Shown here piece after piece: positions 28,284 to 37,564 of a stretch of 64,000 bases of DNA; positions within the stretch are counted from its first letter, which is position 1; the number at the start of each line of letters is the position of its first letter. This DNA comes from Gemmatimonadaceae bacterium. Lineage in GTDB: Bacteria > Gemmatimonadota > Gemmatimonadetes > Gemmatimonadales > Gemmatimonadaceae. The notes under the pieces are model-generated. The model was not told the origin of the DNA. It was given only the letters and a program-made list of their open reading frames with translations, and ran no database searches. The position numbers were made by a program, and so were the translations under genes. The stretch is taken from the NCBI GenBank assembly GCA_045803545.1, contig JBJMOW010000005.1:1248001-1312000 (forward strand), read 5' to 3'.

Positions 28284-29870
28284 TTAATAACCCGGATTCT
28301 GCTCTAGCTTCGAGTTGGTCTCGATCTGCGTCTGCGGAATCGGGAACAGAACCTTGTACGGCGCGTTTGTGGTCTTCGCGTACCAGGTTCCCGACGTGAA
28401 CTGATTGAAACGGACCAGGTCAGTTCGCCGTTTGCCTTCCGCTGTGAGCTCAAACAGGCGCTCCTTGAGGATCGCGGCACGGACTTCGGCCTGGGTTAGC
28501 GTCGTCGCGAGTGCCGGTGCGTTGACGCGGGCGCGGATCGTATTGATATCTACGATTGCCTGCGCGGTCTGACCCAGCTCGTTCTCAGCCTCGGCTCTGA
28601 TCAGATACATCTCGCCAAGGCGGAACCAGGCATAGTCGTTACCGGCATCCTGGTTGACGTGTGCTGGATCGACTGGCCATTTGGCGATACGCACGCCCTG
28701 ACCCTCGGTCGCCGATGTGACGTCCGGAATATTCGGATCAAAGACGAGTGGATTGCCCTGACGATCAGTCGCTGGCTGGCCGGTCACGAGATTGACCTGC
28801 GGACCTGCCAGGAAAATCTGCTTGCGTGCGTCGTTCGGATCGAACGATGCATAAGTGTCGGCGAGCGTGGAGAAACCGTTCCACGGCTCGTTCGAACCGC
28901 TGTACTGATGATAGTGCAGCGCGCGCATCAGGAAGTTGTTGCCCATATCCGTGACGGCGGCGAATTTGATGGCGAAGATGATTTCCGGCGACTTGTTATT
29001 GTCGGCCGTAAAGTTCTTGCGCCAACCGCAACCTGCGCCTGCGCAACCCTGATTGGCGTTGGTTGTGAGAGTGTAATTACCCGAGCCGATGACGGCGTTC
29101 GCTGAAGTGAGCGCGTCCTGCCAATGCGCCGTGCCCGCCTGCAGTCCCGCGGTCGTCACCGTGCCAGTGAAGACCTGAGCGTTCAGGTATAGCTCCGCCA
29201 GGATCGCGTCAACCGTACCCTGAGTTACCCGGCCGTTCATTTCCGCTGGCCACGTCGCCGGCAGATCGGTCCTCGCCGCCTTGAGCTCACTCTCGATGAA
29301 TGCAAAGACTTCAGCGCGAGTGTTTCTCGGCCGCTCGGCGATGTCGGTACCGGTGCAGAGCGCATTGCCTGCTTCTTCGCAGACAATCGGCACGCCGCCG
29401 AACAGATCCTGCAGCATGTAGTAGTAGAACGCGCGAAGAACACGCAGCTCCGCCACCATTGCCGGCTTGCCCACGAAATTGTTGCCGCTGATACCGTGCA
29501 GCACGACGTTGGCGCGCGCTACGCCGATGAACAGGTCAACCCACGAGTTGTTAATGAGGTCCAGACCAGCCGGACTGTTTGGCGTGAAAGTCTGGCGGTG
29601 GAGATCCAGCCACTTCCCGTTGTCGTACCAGTCCTGACCGCGAGTCGGAACGATGATCTCGTCGGTGGTTACTTCGGAGATGTTGTAGCTGTTGTCGTAC
29701 GTCGCACGGAGTTGTGCATAAACCGATGCGAGTCCGCCGAGAGCTTCGTCCGCGTTCTGGTAGAAGTTCTCTGGTGTAATTGCGCTTTTCGGAACCTCAG
29801 TGAGGTCCGTACAGGCCGGTGCGAGCGCGATGAGTGCGAAGACACCGGCAGTGAGCATTTTGTTGGTCAT
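28284..29870 (-). CDS. susD: RagB/SusD family nutrient-binding outer membrane lipoprotein
   Basis: Lipobox APAC; LRAFYYYMLQDLFGGVPI, RLGEMYLIRAEA, ERLFELTAEGKRRTDLVRF, QNPGY terminus; follows susC. Confidence 0.93.
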   Translation of the reverse strand: MTNKMLTAGVFALIALAPACTDLTEVPKSAITPENFYQNADEALGGLASVYAQLRATYDNSYNISEVTTDEIIVPTRGQDWYDNGKWLDLHRQTFTPNSPAGLDLINNSWVDLFIGVARANVVLHGISGNNFVGKPAMVAELRVLRAFYYYMLQDLFGGVPIVCEEAGNALCTGTDIAERPRNTRAEVFAFIESELKAARTDLPATWPAEMNGRVTQGTVDAILAELYLNAQVFTGTVTTAGLQAGTAHWQDALTSANAVIGSGNYTLTTNANQGCAGAGCGWRKNFTADNNKSPEIIFAIKFAAVTDMGNNFLMRALHYHQYSGSNEPWNGFSTLADTYASFDPNDARKQIFLAGPQVNLVTGQPATDRQGNPLVFDPNIPDVTSATEGQGVRIAKWPVDPAHVNQDAGNDYAWFRLGEMYLIRAEAENELGQTAQAIVDINTIRARVNAPALATTLTQAEVRAAILKERLFELTAEGKRRTDLVRFNQFTSGTWYAKTTNAPYKVLFPIPQTQIETNSKLEQNPGY

Positions 29871-29877
29871 AAGTCGG

Positions 29878-32800
29878 TTAGAATGCGACACGGAGGCCTC
29901 CCGTAATCGTACGCGGACGAGGATAATGCAGGTAATCGATGCCGCGCGGTGCAATGCCCGGCAACTGCGAGTGGACTTCCGGATCATATCCGCTATACGG
30001 AGTCCACAGACCCAGGTTGTCACCCGAGACGTAGGCGCGAGCGCCTCTGCCGAGGCCGGTGAAGGCTGGCATGTCGAAGGTGTAGCCGATAGTGACGTTG
30101 GCTAGACGGGTATACGAACCGTCTTCGATCCAGCGCGACGAATAGATCGCCGGCTCGTGCAGATCGGTTGGATCCGTCAGCGCGGACGCCAGGAAGTTCT
30201 TGTCCTGCAGCGCATTGCCCTTCGTGGAGTAAACCAGCGCCGTGTTGTTGAAGATCTTCTGGCCGGCTTCTCTGTGAATGAGCATGCTGAAGTCAAACTT
30301 CTTCCACTGGCCATTGGTGTGGAGACCCAGAGTGTAGTTCGGGTTCGCATTACCGAGGATCACGTAATCGTCGCCGGTGATTCCAGCCGACGTGACCTGG
30401 CCCTGAAGAGTTCTGACGCCGTTAGCGTCAACGGTGTAGTGGTTAAAGAGCTGGATACCATTCGCGTTCCAGCCGGCGAATTGCGGACCGACAAACGTGC
30501 CGATCGGCTGGCCAACCATGATACGCTGAGTGAACTGGTTGGACTGACCCTGGCCGCTGGCCTGAGCATCCGGAATGAAGGTTCGCGCGCCGAGGTCGAC
30601 GATCTTGTTCTTGTCGTGCGAGAAGACGAAGCCCGCGTTCCAGGTGAACTCGTTCCGCTGCATGACGAGACCGTCGAGCGAGAACTCAACTCCCTTGTTC
30701 TGGAGCTTGCCGATGTTCTCGAGACGATCACCGACGACTGCCGGCTGCGGCACCTGCACCGTAAGCAGCAAGTCATGGGTGTTCTTGACGTAGTACTCGA
30801 GGCTGCCGTTCAACCGATTGTTGAGGAAGCCGTAATCGAGCGCAACGTTGGTCTGCGCCGTCTCTTCCCACTTCAGATCAGGATTAGCGTTTCTGAGTGG
30901 CGTGATTCCCGTCGCCGGGTTGTCGCCGAACGGATAACGTGATCCACCGCTGGCGCCGAGCAGAATTAGTGAAGAGTAGGCTGGCACTGCTGGGTTACCC
31001 TGCTTGCCCCATCCAGCGCGAAGTCTGAGCTCGCTGAACGGTCCCGTCGGAATCCATGACTCCTGGCTTAGACGCCACGAACCTGATATCGCCGGGAAGG
31101 TTGCCCATTTGTGGTTCTCACCGAACTGCGACGCTCCATCCTTTCTCGCAACGAGAGTCAGGAAGTATTTCTCAGCGAGGCCAAAGTTTGCCCGGCCGAA
31201 GAAAGAAACGAGACGTGTGTCGGTTTCGAACGAATACGGTGGCTCGACAGTGTTTCCGCTACCGAGGCTGTTAAACGTGAATGCGTCGGTGAGGTAGTTG
31301 CGTGTCTGGACGCCGAATTCGTTGACGGTGTTGGCGTTGAACTCGTAACCGCCCACCACGTCGACCTCTTTCGAGCCTGCCAAGGTCGGGTGGAAGGTCA
31401 GAAGCGTCTGAAGCTGCTTCGCGAGCTCGTCGCGATTGGCGCGTTGGGCGATGCCGTTGAAGCCGGCGCCGAAGGCGCTGATACGCGGTGCGTAGAAGTT
31501 ACGATCACCCGCGGTGCGGTCGATGCCGATGTTCACCCGCGCAGTAAGAGCCGAGAAAAGATCGTAGTCTGCTGACACGTTGCCGAGGGTACGATCGGAG
31601 ACACCCTTGTCGAGCACCTGATTGGCAAGCGCGACCGGGTTACGTACCGATTGACCACCCGGGCCGATCTCGAAGAAGCTGGTGTTACCCGTCGTCGGAT
31701 CCGTAACGGTGACCGGACGAGTCGGGTTGAAGTTCACCATGTTAATAAAAACACCGCCCTCGAAGCCGGTGTTTTCGTTAAACGGTAGATAATCGTTGAT
31801 GACGTGCGAGCCCGTGAGATTGAGCGCCATCCGGAGCTTGCCGTCGATTGCCTGGTGGGTGCCGTTGACGCGCGCCTGATAGCGCTTCATGCCGTTGGCG
31901 ATTACCACGCCTTCCTGATCGAAGAAGTTGAGCGAAGCACGATAGGTCGTGCTGGCAGAACCACCGGCGAACGAGAGGTTGTGATTAACCGTCGGAGCGT
32001 GGCGCATCAGCGAACTTTCCCAGTCCGTATTGGCAGTTCCTTCGCCAGCGGCGGCAGCGGGGACGTTCGCGGAGATGAAGTCACGGAACTGCGAAGCCGT
32101 GGCGAGTCCGATGCTCTTCGGATTCCAGGCGGTGCCGGCCGAAAACTCGTACTCCATGCTCGGTCCGCCAGAGTTGCCCTTCTTGGTCTCGATCAGGATC
32201 ACGCCGTTGGCAGCACGCGCACCGTAGATCGCGGCTGCGGCAGCATCCTTGAGGATCGTTACCGACTGAATGTCGGCAGGATTGATCAGGTCGAGCGGGT
32301 TGCGCGGAAGCGGTGGATCACCGCCGATGCCGACGCCGCCGGGCTCGATCTGATTGCCCGACACCGCGACGCCGTCGATGACGTAGAGCGGCTCGTTGCC
32401 GCCGGAGATCGACGTACCGCCACGAATCAGGATGTGAGCGCCAGCGCCGGGCTCACCGCTGTTCTGGGTGACCTGGACGCCAGTCGCGCGGCCTTCGATC
32501 AGGTTGGTGACGTTGGTCGGAACGGCGACCTTAGCCTGGTCAGCATCGACCGTGGCGACGGAGCCGGTGATCGCGAGTCTGCGCTGCGTTCCGTAGCCGG
32601 TGGTGACGACTTCTTCAAGCACCGCGGCCTGCTTGCTCATCGCGAAAATCGCGCTGACCGAGCCACCATTGGGAACGTTTACACTCTGGACCGGCGCACC
32701 GTATCCAATGCGGCGTGCGCGGACAGTTTGAGAGCCGGCGGGAACGCCGCCAATCGTGAAACTGCCATCGGCTGCGGTAACAGCACCGCGACGGGTTCCC

Positions 32801-32961
32801 TCGACGAATACGCTTACGTCAGGTACACCCTGCTGGGTGTCGGCGTCAACGACTCGACCCGTGATGGTGCCGCTTGGCGGAACCGGGTTTTGTGCGCCCA
32901 GATTGGTCGACCATAGCAGGCCGACTAGGAGCGCGAGAGTAAAGCGACGAACTACTGCCAT
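29878..32961 (-). CDS. susC: SusC/RagA TonB-dependent outer membrane receptor
   Basis: N-terminal carboxypeptidase-regulatory-like domain, VVTTGYGTQ, plug PLYVIDG...LKDAAAAAIYGARAANGVILIETK, ANPDLKWEET, terminal F. Confidence 0.95.
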   Translation of the reverse strand: MAVVRRFTLALLVGLLWSTNLGAQNPVPPSGTITGRVVDADTQQGVPDVSVFVEGTRRGAVTAADGSFTIGGVPAGSQTVRARRIGYGAPVQSVNVPNGGSVSAIFAMSKQAAVLEEVVTTGYGTQRRLAITGSVATVDADQAKVAVPTNVTNLIEGRATGVQVTQNSGEPGAGAHILIRGGTSISGGNEPLYVIDGVAVSGNQIEPGGVGIGGDPPLPRNPLDLINPADIQSVTILKDAAAAAIYGARAANGVILIETKKGNSGGPSMEYEFSAGTAWNPKSIGLATASQFRDFISANVPAAAAGEGTANTDWESSLMRHAPTVNHNLSFAGGSASTTYRASLNFFDQEGVVIANGMKRYQARVNGTHQAIDGKLRMALNLTGSHVINDYLPFNENTGFEGGVFINMVNFNPTRPVTVTDPTTGNTSFFEIGPGGQSVRNPVALANQVLDKGVSDRTLGNVSADYDLFSALTARVNIGIDRTAGDRNFYAPRISAFGAGFNGIAQRANRDELAKQLQTLLTFHPTLAGSKEVDVVGGYEFNANTVNEFGVQTRNYLTDAFTFNSLGSGNTVEPPYSFETDTRLVSFFGRANFGLAEKYFLTLVARKDGASQFGENHKWATFPAISGSWRLSQESWIPTGPFSELRLRAGWGKQGNPAVPAYSSLILLGASGGSRYPFGDNPATGITPLRNANPDLKWEETAQTNVALDYGFLNNRLNGSLEYYVKNTHDLLLTVQVPQPAVVGDRLENIGKLQNKGVEFSLDGLVMQRNEFTWNAGFVFSHDKNKIVDLGARTFIPDAQASGQGQSNQFTQRIMVGQPIGTFVGPQFAGWNANGIQLFNHYTVDANGVRTLQGQVTSAGITGDDYVILGNANPNYTLGLHTNGQWKKFDFSMLIHREAGQKIFNNTALVYSTKGNALQDKNFLASALTDPTDLHEPAIYSSRWIEDGSYTRLANVTIGYTFDMPAFTGLGRGARAYVSGDNLGLWTPYSGYDPEVHSQLPGIAPRGIDYLHYPRPRTITGGLRVAF

Positions 32962-33188
32962 ACGGGGTCCTCCACGGGTATTGAGGTGGGACTTGTTCGA
33001 GCCCTCGACTTGCGGGTGTGCAAATACCGCCGATTCGTCTAGGAAAACGTGAACCGGCGGGGCCTCGTCCCCCGCAGATCAAATTTTGGCTTCCTTAAAT
33101 GCGCCTCTGTCACAGAATTGTCAAGACAAAGGAATTGGTCAAGCATTTTCAGATTGAGGACAGGTGAGGGTCGGATAGCGTACGGAAT

Positions 33189-33399
33189 CGAGGACTGAAC
33201 TGATAACTACCGCGCTGGTAGCTGGTAGCAGCTGGCTAATGGCTGATCGCTGCCTGCTAACGGGACCGATCTCATCGCATAAACGCGAACAGAACGCTTT
33301 TCCTATGACTCTGTGCCGATCTGTCCCGTCGCTTTCAGCGAATAGCTAACAGCCAGCTGCTATCAGCTACCAGCGAGGTAGTTATCAGTTCAGTCCTCG
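33189..33399. repeat. Long imperfect palindrome, family A copy 2 (with complete outer ends)
   Basis: Perfect 23-bp terminal IR CGAGGACTGAACTGATAACTACC/GGTAGTTATCAGTTCAGTCCTCG; body colinear with 589-774. Confidence 0.92.
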
Positions 33400-33452
33400 G
33401 CCCGATTTCTCGACTCTAGCCCCAGCCTCGCCCGACGAATTAAAATCCGCCC

Positions 33453-34061
33453 ATGCACCCGATGTTCTTGCACGACGTAGAATCCCATGCCGCGCCCGAG
33501 CCGTACGAGACGCGCTTCAGGATGATGCGCGAGGCGGGGCTGCCGATCCCACAGATTCAGCACCTCTTCGCCTTCAAACCTGACCGGACCGACCATCTCT
33601 CGCGGTTTACGCAGGGCGTGATGCGCGGCACCTCTCCGCTGCCGCCGTGGCAGCGCGAGCTGATTGCAGCGTTCACCTCAAAGCTCAATCAATGCCTCTT
33701 TTGAATTGGCTCGCACGCCGCGGTCGCGGCGGAGCTGCACGGTGATCGCTCAGTAATCCAGGCGATCCTGGAGGACCTCGACTCGGCGCCGATCACGGCG
33801 AAAGATCGAGCGCTCTATTCCTTTATAAGGAAGATGGTCGCCAACTCGACGTCGATCGGTCAGGCCGATGTCGACGCCGCGAAAAAGGCCGGCTGGTCAG
33901 ACGAAGCGCTCTACGACGCAATCACCGTTTGCGCGCTATTCCAGTTTTATAACAACTGGATCGATGCTACGGGTGTCAGCGATATGCCCGCGGTCGGATA
34001 CGAAGCATCCGGAAAGCGACTCGCGGGGCACGGCTATTGGCAGGAGCCGCAGAGCGACTGA
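33453..34061 (+). CDS. AhpD/carboxymuconolactone decarboxylase-like peroxidase, probable selenoprotein (CLFU)
   Basis: ORFs 33453-33704 and 33834-34061 are in one frame, separated only by TGA 33702-33704. Read-through gives RELIAAFTSKLNQC-L-F-U-IGSH, the AhpD CxxCxxxH motif. Confidence 0.88.
33709..33735 (+). promoter_or_regulatory. Candidate bacterial SECIS element
   Basis: GCTC-(GCA bulge)-CGCCGC-GGTC-GCGGCG-GAGC; G-led apical loop starts 17 nt after the TGA. Confidence 0.7.
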
Positions 34062-34189
34062 GGGCCGAGGACTAAGTGCATCGATCATCGAGGACTACGT
34101 GAGGATCGATGACAATCGAGGATGCTCGATCGTCTGCAATCCTCACTTAGTCAGCAATCATAGATGCCGTTAGTCCTCGGCCCTCAGTC
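34056..34189. repeat. Palindrome family B copy 2
   Basis: GACTGAGGGCCGAGGACTAA...TTAGTCCTCGGCCCTCAGTC; fills the gap between two convergent genes and contains the TGA stop at 34059-34061. Confidence 0.92.
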
Positions 34190-34191
34190 GC

Positions 34192-36348
34192 TTACTGCTT
34201 GAGCCCTCTCTCTTCGAGTAGCGCCTCAACGTTCGGATCCCTCCCTCGGAAATTCCGATAGAGCGTTGCGGCATCTACTGTCGCTCCGCGCGAGAGGATC
34301 ATGTCGCGGAAGCGATCGCCGTTTTCGCGGGTGAGCCCGCCGTGCTCGCGGAACCAGGCGTAGGCATCGTCGTCCAGCACTTCGCTCCAGGTGTAAGCGT
34401 AGTAGCCGGCCGAGTAGCCGCCGTCCCAGATGTGGGAGAAGTACGTGCTGCGGTAGCGGGGCGGAATCTCCGGCACCGAGACGTTGTACTTCTGCAACGC
34501 TTGTCTCTCAAAGGCATCGACATCCGACACGTTGGTGCCCGCCGGGAGGGTGTGCCACGCGAAATCGAGTAGCGATGCCGCCATCAGCTCCGTCGTCGAA
34601 AATCCCTGATTGAACGTGCGCGAATTCTTGATCTTGTCGACGAGCGACTGCGGCATCGGTGCGCCCGTCTGATAATGCTTGGCGTAGTTCGCGAACACAC
34701 TCGGCTCGAGCGCCCAGTGCTCGTTGAACTGCGATGGAAATTCGACGAAGTCGCGCGGCACGTTGACGCCCGACACTGTCGGGTAGGTGACGTTGGAGAA
34801 CATGCCGTGCAGCGCGTGGCCGAACTCGTGGAACATCGTCGTTACGTCGTCGAACGTCAGCAACGCCGGCTGACCCTCTGCAGGCTTCGTGAAGTTGGCG
34901 ACGTTGAACACCACCGGCCTGGTACCGATCAACTTCGTCTGATCGACGAAGTTGTCCATCCACGCGCCGCCACCTTTGTTGTCACGCTTGAAGTAATCGA
35001 CGTAGAACAGAGCGAGCGATGATCCATCCTTGTCGAACACCTCGAAGGTCCGCACGTCCGGCTGATAGACCGGAATGTCGTGGCGCTCCTTGAAGGTCAC
35101 CCCGTAAAGTTTGTTCGCGGCGTAAAACACCCCGTTTTGCAGAACGTTGTTCAGCTCGAAGTACGGCTTGATCTGGGACTCGTCGAGATCGTACTTCGCT
35201 TTCCTCACCTGCTCGGCGTAGTACTGATAGTCCCACGGCTGCAGCTTGAAACCACCGCCCTGCGAGTCGATCAGCTTTTGCATGTCGGCGATCTCCTGTC
35301 GCGCGCGAGCAGTTGCGGGCGCGGTGAGATCGGTGAGCAGCTTGATTGCGTTCTGCGGATTCTTCGCGCCCTGCGTTGCCAGCACGTAATCCGCCCACGT
35401 CGGGAAGCCGAGTAGCTTCGCCTTCTCGGCGCGCAGCTCCGCCATTCGGCGAATTGTGTTGCGGGTGTCATTGCTGTCGCCGCGCGAGGTGCGCAGTGTC
35501 GAGTTCTCGAACAAACGCTGGCGCACTGCCCGATTGGTCAATTCTGCCTGCGCGGGATGCTGTGTCGTATTGCGAAGCGGGATCACCCACTTGCCGGCCA
35601 GCCCGCGCTGCTTCGCCGCGTCGGCAGCTGTCTGGATCTCGGCGTCGGTGAACCCTGCCAGTTCACTGACGTTGTCGAAGACCAGCGCTCCTGCCTTCGT
35701 TCCCGCCAGCAGTTTGTTGGAGAATTCGGTCGAGAGCTTGGACAACTCCTGATTGATCGCGCGCATGCGGATCTTGTCCTGCTCCGAGAGCTGAGCACCC
35801 GCACGCACGAAGTCGCGGTTGTATCGCTCGATCAGCGCGATCTGCTCCGGCGTGAAGCCACCGTCATTGCGCCGATCATAAACGCTCTTCACCCGTTGAT
35901 AGAGCTGATCGTTGAGATAAACCTGGTCGTTGGCGGCGGCGAGTTTGGGTGCGACGATTTCCTGGACTTTCTGGAGCGTGTCGTTGGTGTTCGCGCCGAC
36001 GACGCCGAAGAAAGTCTTGGTCGCGCGCGTCAGCAGCGCGCCGGATTTTTCCATCGCGACGACGGTGTTGTCGAACGATGGGGGCGTCGTCTGCTTGGCG
36101 ATCGAGTCGACTTGCGCCAGCCACTGGCGAATTCCTTCCTCGAGGGCGGGCTGGTAGTGCTCATTGCGAATGAGATCGAACCGAGGCGCCTCATAAGGGA
36201 GCGTGCTCTCGACGAAAAGCGGATTCGACGCAACGACGGAAGGCGCAGGAGCGGCGGCCGTATTGGTAGTCGTCGCTGGCGCACACGCGCCAGCGATGGC
36301 GGCGGCTGGAAGCAGAGTGAGCGCAAAGCGCTGCGTGGCAGTGGTCAT
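34192..36348 (-). CDS. dcp: Peptidyl-dipeptidase Dcp (M3 metallopeptidase), lipoprotein
   Basis: KGGGAWM, FHEFGHALHG, RDFVEFPSQFNEHW, GYSAGYYAYTWSEVLD; lipobox AGAC. Confidence 0.9.
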   Translation of the reverse strand: MTTATQRFALTLLPAAAIAGACAPATTTNTAAAPAPSVVASNPLFVESTLPYEAPRFDLIRNEHYQPALEEGIRQWLAQVDSIAKQTTPPSFDNTVVAMEKSGALLTRATKTFFGVVGANTNDTLQKVQEIVAPKLAAANDQVYLNDQLYQRVKSVYDRRNDGGFTPEQIALIERYNRDFVRAGAQLSEQDKIRMRAINQELSKLSTEFSNKLLAGTKAGALVFDNVSELAGFTDAEIQTAADAAKQRGLAGKWVIPLRNTTQHPAQAELTNRAVRQRLFENSTLRTSRGDSNDTRNTIRRMAELRAEKAKLLGFPTWADYVLATQGAKNPQNAIKLLTDLTAPATARARQEIADMQKLIDSQGGGFKLQPWDYQYYAEQVRKAKYDLDESQIKPYFELNNVLQNGVFYAANKLYGVTFKERHDIPVYQPDVRTFEVFDKDGSSLALFYVDYFKRDNKGGGAWMDNFVDQTKLIGTRPVVFNVANFTKPAEGQPALLTFDDVTTMFHEFGHALHGMFSNVTYPTVSGVNVPRDFVEFPSQFNEHWALEPSVFANYAKHYQTGAPMPQSLVDKIKNSRTFNQGFSTTELMAASLLDFAWHTLPAGTNVSDVDAFERQALQKYNVSVPEIPPRYRSTYFSHIWDGGYSAGYYAYTWSEVLDDDAYAWFREHGGLTRENGDRFRDMILSRGATVDAATLYRNFRGRDPNVEALLEERGLKQ

Positions 36349-36445
36349 TCTCTTACCAAAGGGGGTCTAAGGGACCGCAAACTTACGGGGGCGCGCTCGA
36401 CCGATTCCAGAGCGCAAGTAGTTTCATTACACCGTGAACGCTAAC

Positions 36446-37232
36446 ATGTCCCGCAACGTCCTTGCCCTGCTGGCGCTCGTGAGCGGCGCGAGTATCCTGC
36501 ACGCACAAAGGGACTCCGTCGCGAATCCGCGCGCGGTGCAGCCTGAGCGTCCGACAGTCGCGACCCACGCCGGAACTGTAGCTCCCGGTTACACCGAGCT
36601 CGAGGAAGGGGGCGAATGGGATAAATGGTCCGGTAACGGACGCAGTTTCTTCGCGCCTACGAATCTCAAGATCGGCGTCGCATCACACGCGCAGCTCAAC
36701 ATTCTGTTGAACGTCATTCACGACACTCGCGTCGCCGGCAAGAACCGTGAGCCTCGGCGATCTTACGCTCGGCTTGAAGTATCGAATTATCGACGGCCAT
36801 TCGATACTTGGCGACTTCGCGATTCTGCCGGCGGTGAAATTTCCTACCGCATCAGGAGACGCTGGCACCGGCACCACCGACTTCTCGTTGCTGTTCATCT
36901 CCAGTCGCCGGCTCGGGCCGGTAGCGATGGATCTGAATGCCGGAGCGACACGTCGCAGCGGCGATGGAACGAAGACACCGATGACGGCCACGATCTGGAC
37001 GGCTTCCTTCGGATTCCCGATACAGGGACCGATCGGAGCGACGGCGGAAATATTCGGGTTCCCAAGCACGAGTGGCCCCGCTGGAAGCGAGGCCACCGCT
37101 GCACTTCTACTCGGGCCGACTTTTCTCGCTCGCGATTGGCTGGCACTCGACGCGGGGTTCATCACTCCACTCATCGGGCCGCAGCCACACGCGATTTACG
37201 CCGGCTTCGTCTGGAACTTCGGCCGGCTGTAG
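36446..37232 (+). pseudogene. Outer membrane beta-barrel transporter-like gene split by a frameshift
   Basis: Signal peptide plus QPERPTVATHAGTVAPG in one frame; LGDLTLGLKYR, VKFPT, GTGTTD and aromatic C terminus FVWNFGRL in the +1 frame; shift lies within 36711-36746. Confidence 0.75.
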
Positions 37233-37498
37233 TACTCGTCGATAACCGTCCGCACCACCAGATCGAAGACCTGCTTGGACGGCGTGATGTCCGCCAGCGC
37301 ATCGGTATCACCCGCAATGGTGACGAGCGGAACACCGCACGCCTGCTTCACCGCGACAATGATCTTCTCGGGCGGGGTTCCAGCCATCTCGAGGTCGCGC
37401 ACCAGTTCACGCGCGGCAGCTCTCACCTCTTCAGGTGAGCCGCTGCCCTCAATCGCGCGCTCGAACACCCTTCGTAGATCGTCTTCGTGTCTAGTCAT
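37196..37498 (-). CDS. Small helical hypothetical protein
   Basis: AAARELVRDL..GTPPEKIIVAVK...VIDEYY pattern shared with 53999-54334. Confidence 0.65.
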   Translation of the reverse strand: MTRHEDDLRRVFERAIEGSGSPEEVRAAARELVRDLEMAGTPPEKIIVAVKQACGVPLVTIAGDTDALADITPSKQVFDLVVRTVIDEYYSRPKFQTKPA

Positions 37499-37564
37499 TT
37501 CAGCAATTGTTCGCCAACCACAAATACCAATGTTTCCCGTGAGAGTTCCCCACTCAGCTGTGAC

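Noticed and set aside
33096..33141. susC promoter and a GntR-like operator (TTGACA on minus; TTGTCAAGACAA palindrome)
   Set aside because: No good -10 at 16-18 nt spacing, a single instance, and no cognate regulator in the window.
33834..34061. Independent 75-aa gene from the ORF track
   Set aside because: It is the in-frame continuation of the AhpD-like gene past the TGA.
36747..37438. C-terminal part of the 334-aa ORF 36434-37438
   Set aside because: Arg-rich off-frame translation; the real coding signal moves to the +1 frame.
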